6,570 nucleotides of DNA from positions 10,147-16,716 of the forward strand of contig CAZKBD010000002.1 of NCBI GenBank assembly GCA_964550945.1, read 5' to 3'. The stretch is from an uncultured Methanosarcinales archaeon. GTDB lineage: Archaea > Nanobdellota > Nanobdellia > Woesearchaeales > CAZKBD01. Of the stretch, positions 4,989 to 6,570 are shown in pieces (positions within the stretch are counted from its first letter, which is position 1; every line of letters begins with the position of its first letter). Position numbers and translations under genes: made by a program. The notes below the pieces were generated by a model that worked only from the letters and a program-made list of their open reading frames with translations, had not been told where the DNA came from and ran no database searches.

Positions 4989-5696
4989 TTATGTTGTAAT
5001 CGGTCTTGATTGTAGAATAAATATTTCGTCATCTTTAACTGCAAACTCAATATCTTGTGGAGTTCCATACACGTTTTCGATTTTTCTTGCTATTTTTGCA
5101 AGTTTTATTATCAAGGCTACTTGAACTTCATGTTGATTATCACTTTTCACAATTGAATTTTCATCATCAACAAAAAAATTGCTTGGTGTAACACTGCCTG
5201 ATACTATATCTTCTCCTAATCCATCAGCAATCTCAATTAAAATGTGTTCTTTTTTAATGGGGTCTTTTGTAAAGATTATCCCAGAAAAATCTGCATGAAC
5301 CATCTTCTGTATGATTATTCCCATATTAACATTGTCAGCATGTTCTTTTTGGTATGCTATAACCCTATTGGACTTTACAGATTCCTTTACTTTCTTAATT
5401 GATTCAACTAACTTTTCTTTATTATTGATGTTTAAGAATGAATCAAATTGTCCTGCAAAGCTATTAGTCTTTGAATCTTCCACGCTTGCTGAACTTCTAA
5501 CTGAGACATTTGAACCTAATTCTTTAAACTTTGTATGTGCTTCAGTAATTGTTTCATCATTTATTTCTGTATCCGAAGAAATGCAAACTCCTTTTGGAAC
5601 ATTAAATCCGGCTCTACTTAATATTCCTAAATTAACAGCTTTACCTCCAAATGAAGACACTTCATTTTCCATAATGCTAAAAAAGCCTTTTATCAT
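4989..5696 (-). CDS. Stand-alone ATP-grasp nucleotide-binding domain of the PEP synthase / pyruvate phosphate dikinase family (PPDK_N type)
   Basis: Motifs seen are FGGKAVNLG, VRSSASVEDSKTNSFAGQFDSFLNI, GIIIQKMVHADFSGIIFTKDP, GLGEDIVSGSVTP and PQDIEFAVKDDEIFILQSRPIT. GAGG (5705-5708) lies 8 nt upstream of the ATG. The ATG overlaps the upstream stop as ATGA. Confidence 0.85.
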   Translation of the reverse strand: MIKGFFSIMENEVSSFGGKAVNLGILSRAGFNVPKGVCISSDTEINDETITEAHTKFKELGSNVSVRSSASVEDSKTNSFAGQFDSFLNINNKEKLVESIKKVKESVKSNRVIAYQKEHADNVNMGIIIQKMVHADFSGIIFTKDPIKKEHILIEIADGLGEDIVSGSVTPSNFFVDDENSIVKSDNQHEVQVALIIKLAKIARKIENVYGTPQDIEFAVKDDEIFILQSRPITT

Positions 5697-6568
5697 CCTA
5701 TTTTCCTCACAATTCCTTCATCTGCATCAACTTCAATTAAGTCTCCATCTTTCAATACTTTAGTCGCAATCTTTGTTCCAACAATACATGGCACCCCTAA
5801 TTCCCTGCAAACAATAGCAGCATGACTAGTTATCCCCCCTTCATCTGTAATAATTGCGCCTGATTTTTGCATGGCTTCCACTAAATGAGGTCTTGTCATA
5901 CCTGTAACCAAAATCTCTCCATGTATCATCTCTTCAATTGCTTTTTCTTGATCTTTTACTAATGAATTGATGATTCTTACCCTTCCTGTCACTTTTCCAG
6001 GATTTGCTACATTCCCTTTTAATTCCTTAATACTATCAAAGTCAACTTTTTCAAGTTCTTGATTTTCAATTTCATCAGATTTATCACCCAAGTACAAACT
6101 TAGCCTGTTACCATCTAGAATAAAAGCATATTTTTTTCTTTCTATTATTATAATAGGATCTATTTTCTTGTTATCAATCAATAAAGATTGCATTTCATTC
6201 AAAGTGTAGTATTCTAATTCTTTTAATTTAGTATCAGTCCTATGCCCAATTTCCTCAAGCACTTTCTTAGTTAGAAAACCGGCATGGACCCATTTTAATC
6301 TTATATTGAGTCGTAAATAAGCAAATTCCTTAACAATATCTAATAAACCAATAATATCCTCAGATAGTTTTAATCTATCAAGTAATTCTATTTGCTCGTT
6401 TTTTATCTTTTCTTTTTTCTCTTTTTTTATTGTCAGCTTTTTCTCAATATCTTTTAAACCTAATTCAATTTCTTTTTCAACTAATCTTTTATAATATTTT
6501 ATATCCCAAGCATCATCTTTTTCAGAAGTGCCAATCCATCCATATTTTTCCTGATGTTCTGCAAGCAT
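5693..6568 (-). CDS. PEP-utilizing-enzyme protein: uncharacterized helical N-terminal region plus C-terminal phosphohistidine swivel (mobile) domain; may be 5'-truncated by the window edge
   Basis: The C-terminal 110 aa match the mobile domain: GNVANPGKVTGRVRII ... GEILVTGMTRP ... AIITDEGGITSHAAIVCRELGVPCIVG ... DGDLIEVDADEGIV. The catalytic His lies in TSH (codon at 5822-5824). The ATG at 6566-6568 is 2 nt from the window end, so the true start cannot be judged. Confidence 0.85.
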   Translation of the reverse strand: MLAEHQEKYGWIGTSEKDDAWDIKYYKRLVEKEIELGLKDIEKKLTIKKEKKEKIKNEQIELLDRLKLSEDIIGLLDIVKEFAYLRLNIRLKWVHAGFLTKKVLEEIGHRTDTKLKELEYYTLNEMQSLLIDNKKIDPIIIIERKKYAFILDGNRLSLYLGDKSDEIENQELEKVDFDSIKELKGNVANPGKVTGRVRIINSLVKDQEKAIEEMIHGEILVTGMTRPHLVEAMQKSGAIITDEGGITSHAAIVCRELGVPCIVGTKIATKVLKDGDLIEVDADEGIVRKIG

Positions 6569-6570
6569 TT

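Noticed and set aside
4989-4991. TAA reassigned as a sense codon (alternative genetic code)
   Set aside because: TAA also terminates rfcS, the PRC-barrel gene, the Cas4-like gene and the wHTH gene at sensible protein ends. TAG and TGA are used as stops too, so the standard code fits the window. Any readthrough would have to be local.
5311-5763. 150-aa + strand ORF antisense to the two PEP-synthase-like genes
   Set aside because: It spans the junction of two motif-rich genes on the opposite strand. Its Ser/Leu/Phe-rich composition carries no motifs, so it is a shadow ORF despite its length.
1-6570. CRISPR array, cas operon, transposase/integrase, toxin-antitoxin pair or other mobile/defence island signatures
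   Set aside because: I saw no spaced direct repeats, terminal inverted repeats or recombinase-like ORFs. The neighbours of the Cas4-like gene are housekeeping or envelope genes.

Overview
The window is AT-rich, compact and archaeal. It carries an archaeal RFC small subunit and an archaeal/eukaryal-type TyrRS. TTTAAA-type TATA boxes sit either 22-25 nt (leaderless spacing) or 43-48 nt (with a GGAGG-like SD) upstream of start codons. The gene content resembles a small-genome, DPANN-like archaeon, but the taxon cannot be established from this window. I support nine CDSs: rfcS (-), a small PRC-barrel protein (-), an orphan Cas4-family Fe-S PD-(D/E)XK nuclease (-), a secreted cupredoxin lipoprotein (-), a 3-TM membrane protein translationally coupled to an ArsR-like wHTH regulator (+), tyrS (+), and two overlapping PEP-synthase-like genes (-). 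No rRNA, tRNA, CRISPR array, cas1/cas2, transposase or integrase was seen. The most unusual observations are listed below. (1) A split, order-swapped PEP-synthase/rifampin-phosphotransferase-like phosphotransfer pair has no PEP/pyruvate TIM-barrel domain in the window. (2) A 59-codon open frame continues in phase past the TAA stop of the ATP-grasp gene and fills the whole spacer up to tyrS. (3) The blue-copper protein has Gln where the axial Met ligand normally sits. (4) Two unrelated genes share a near-identical promoter/5'UTR module in identical register. (5) Two perfect inverted repeats abut the tyrS TATA box. All functional calls come from motif recognition by eye; no database search was run.
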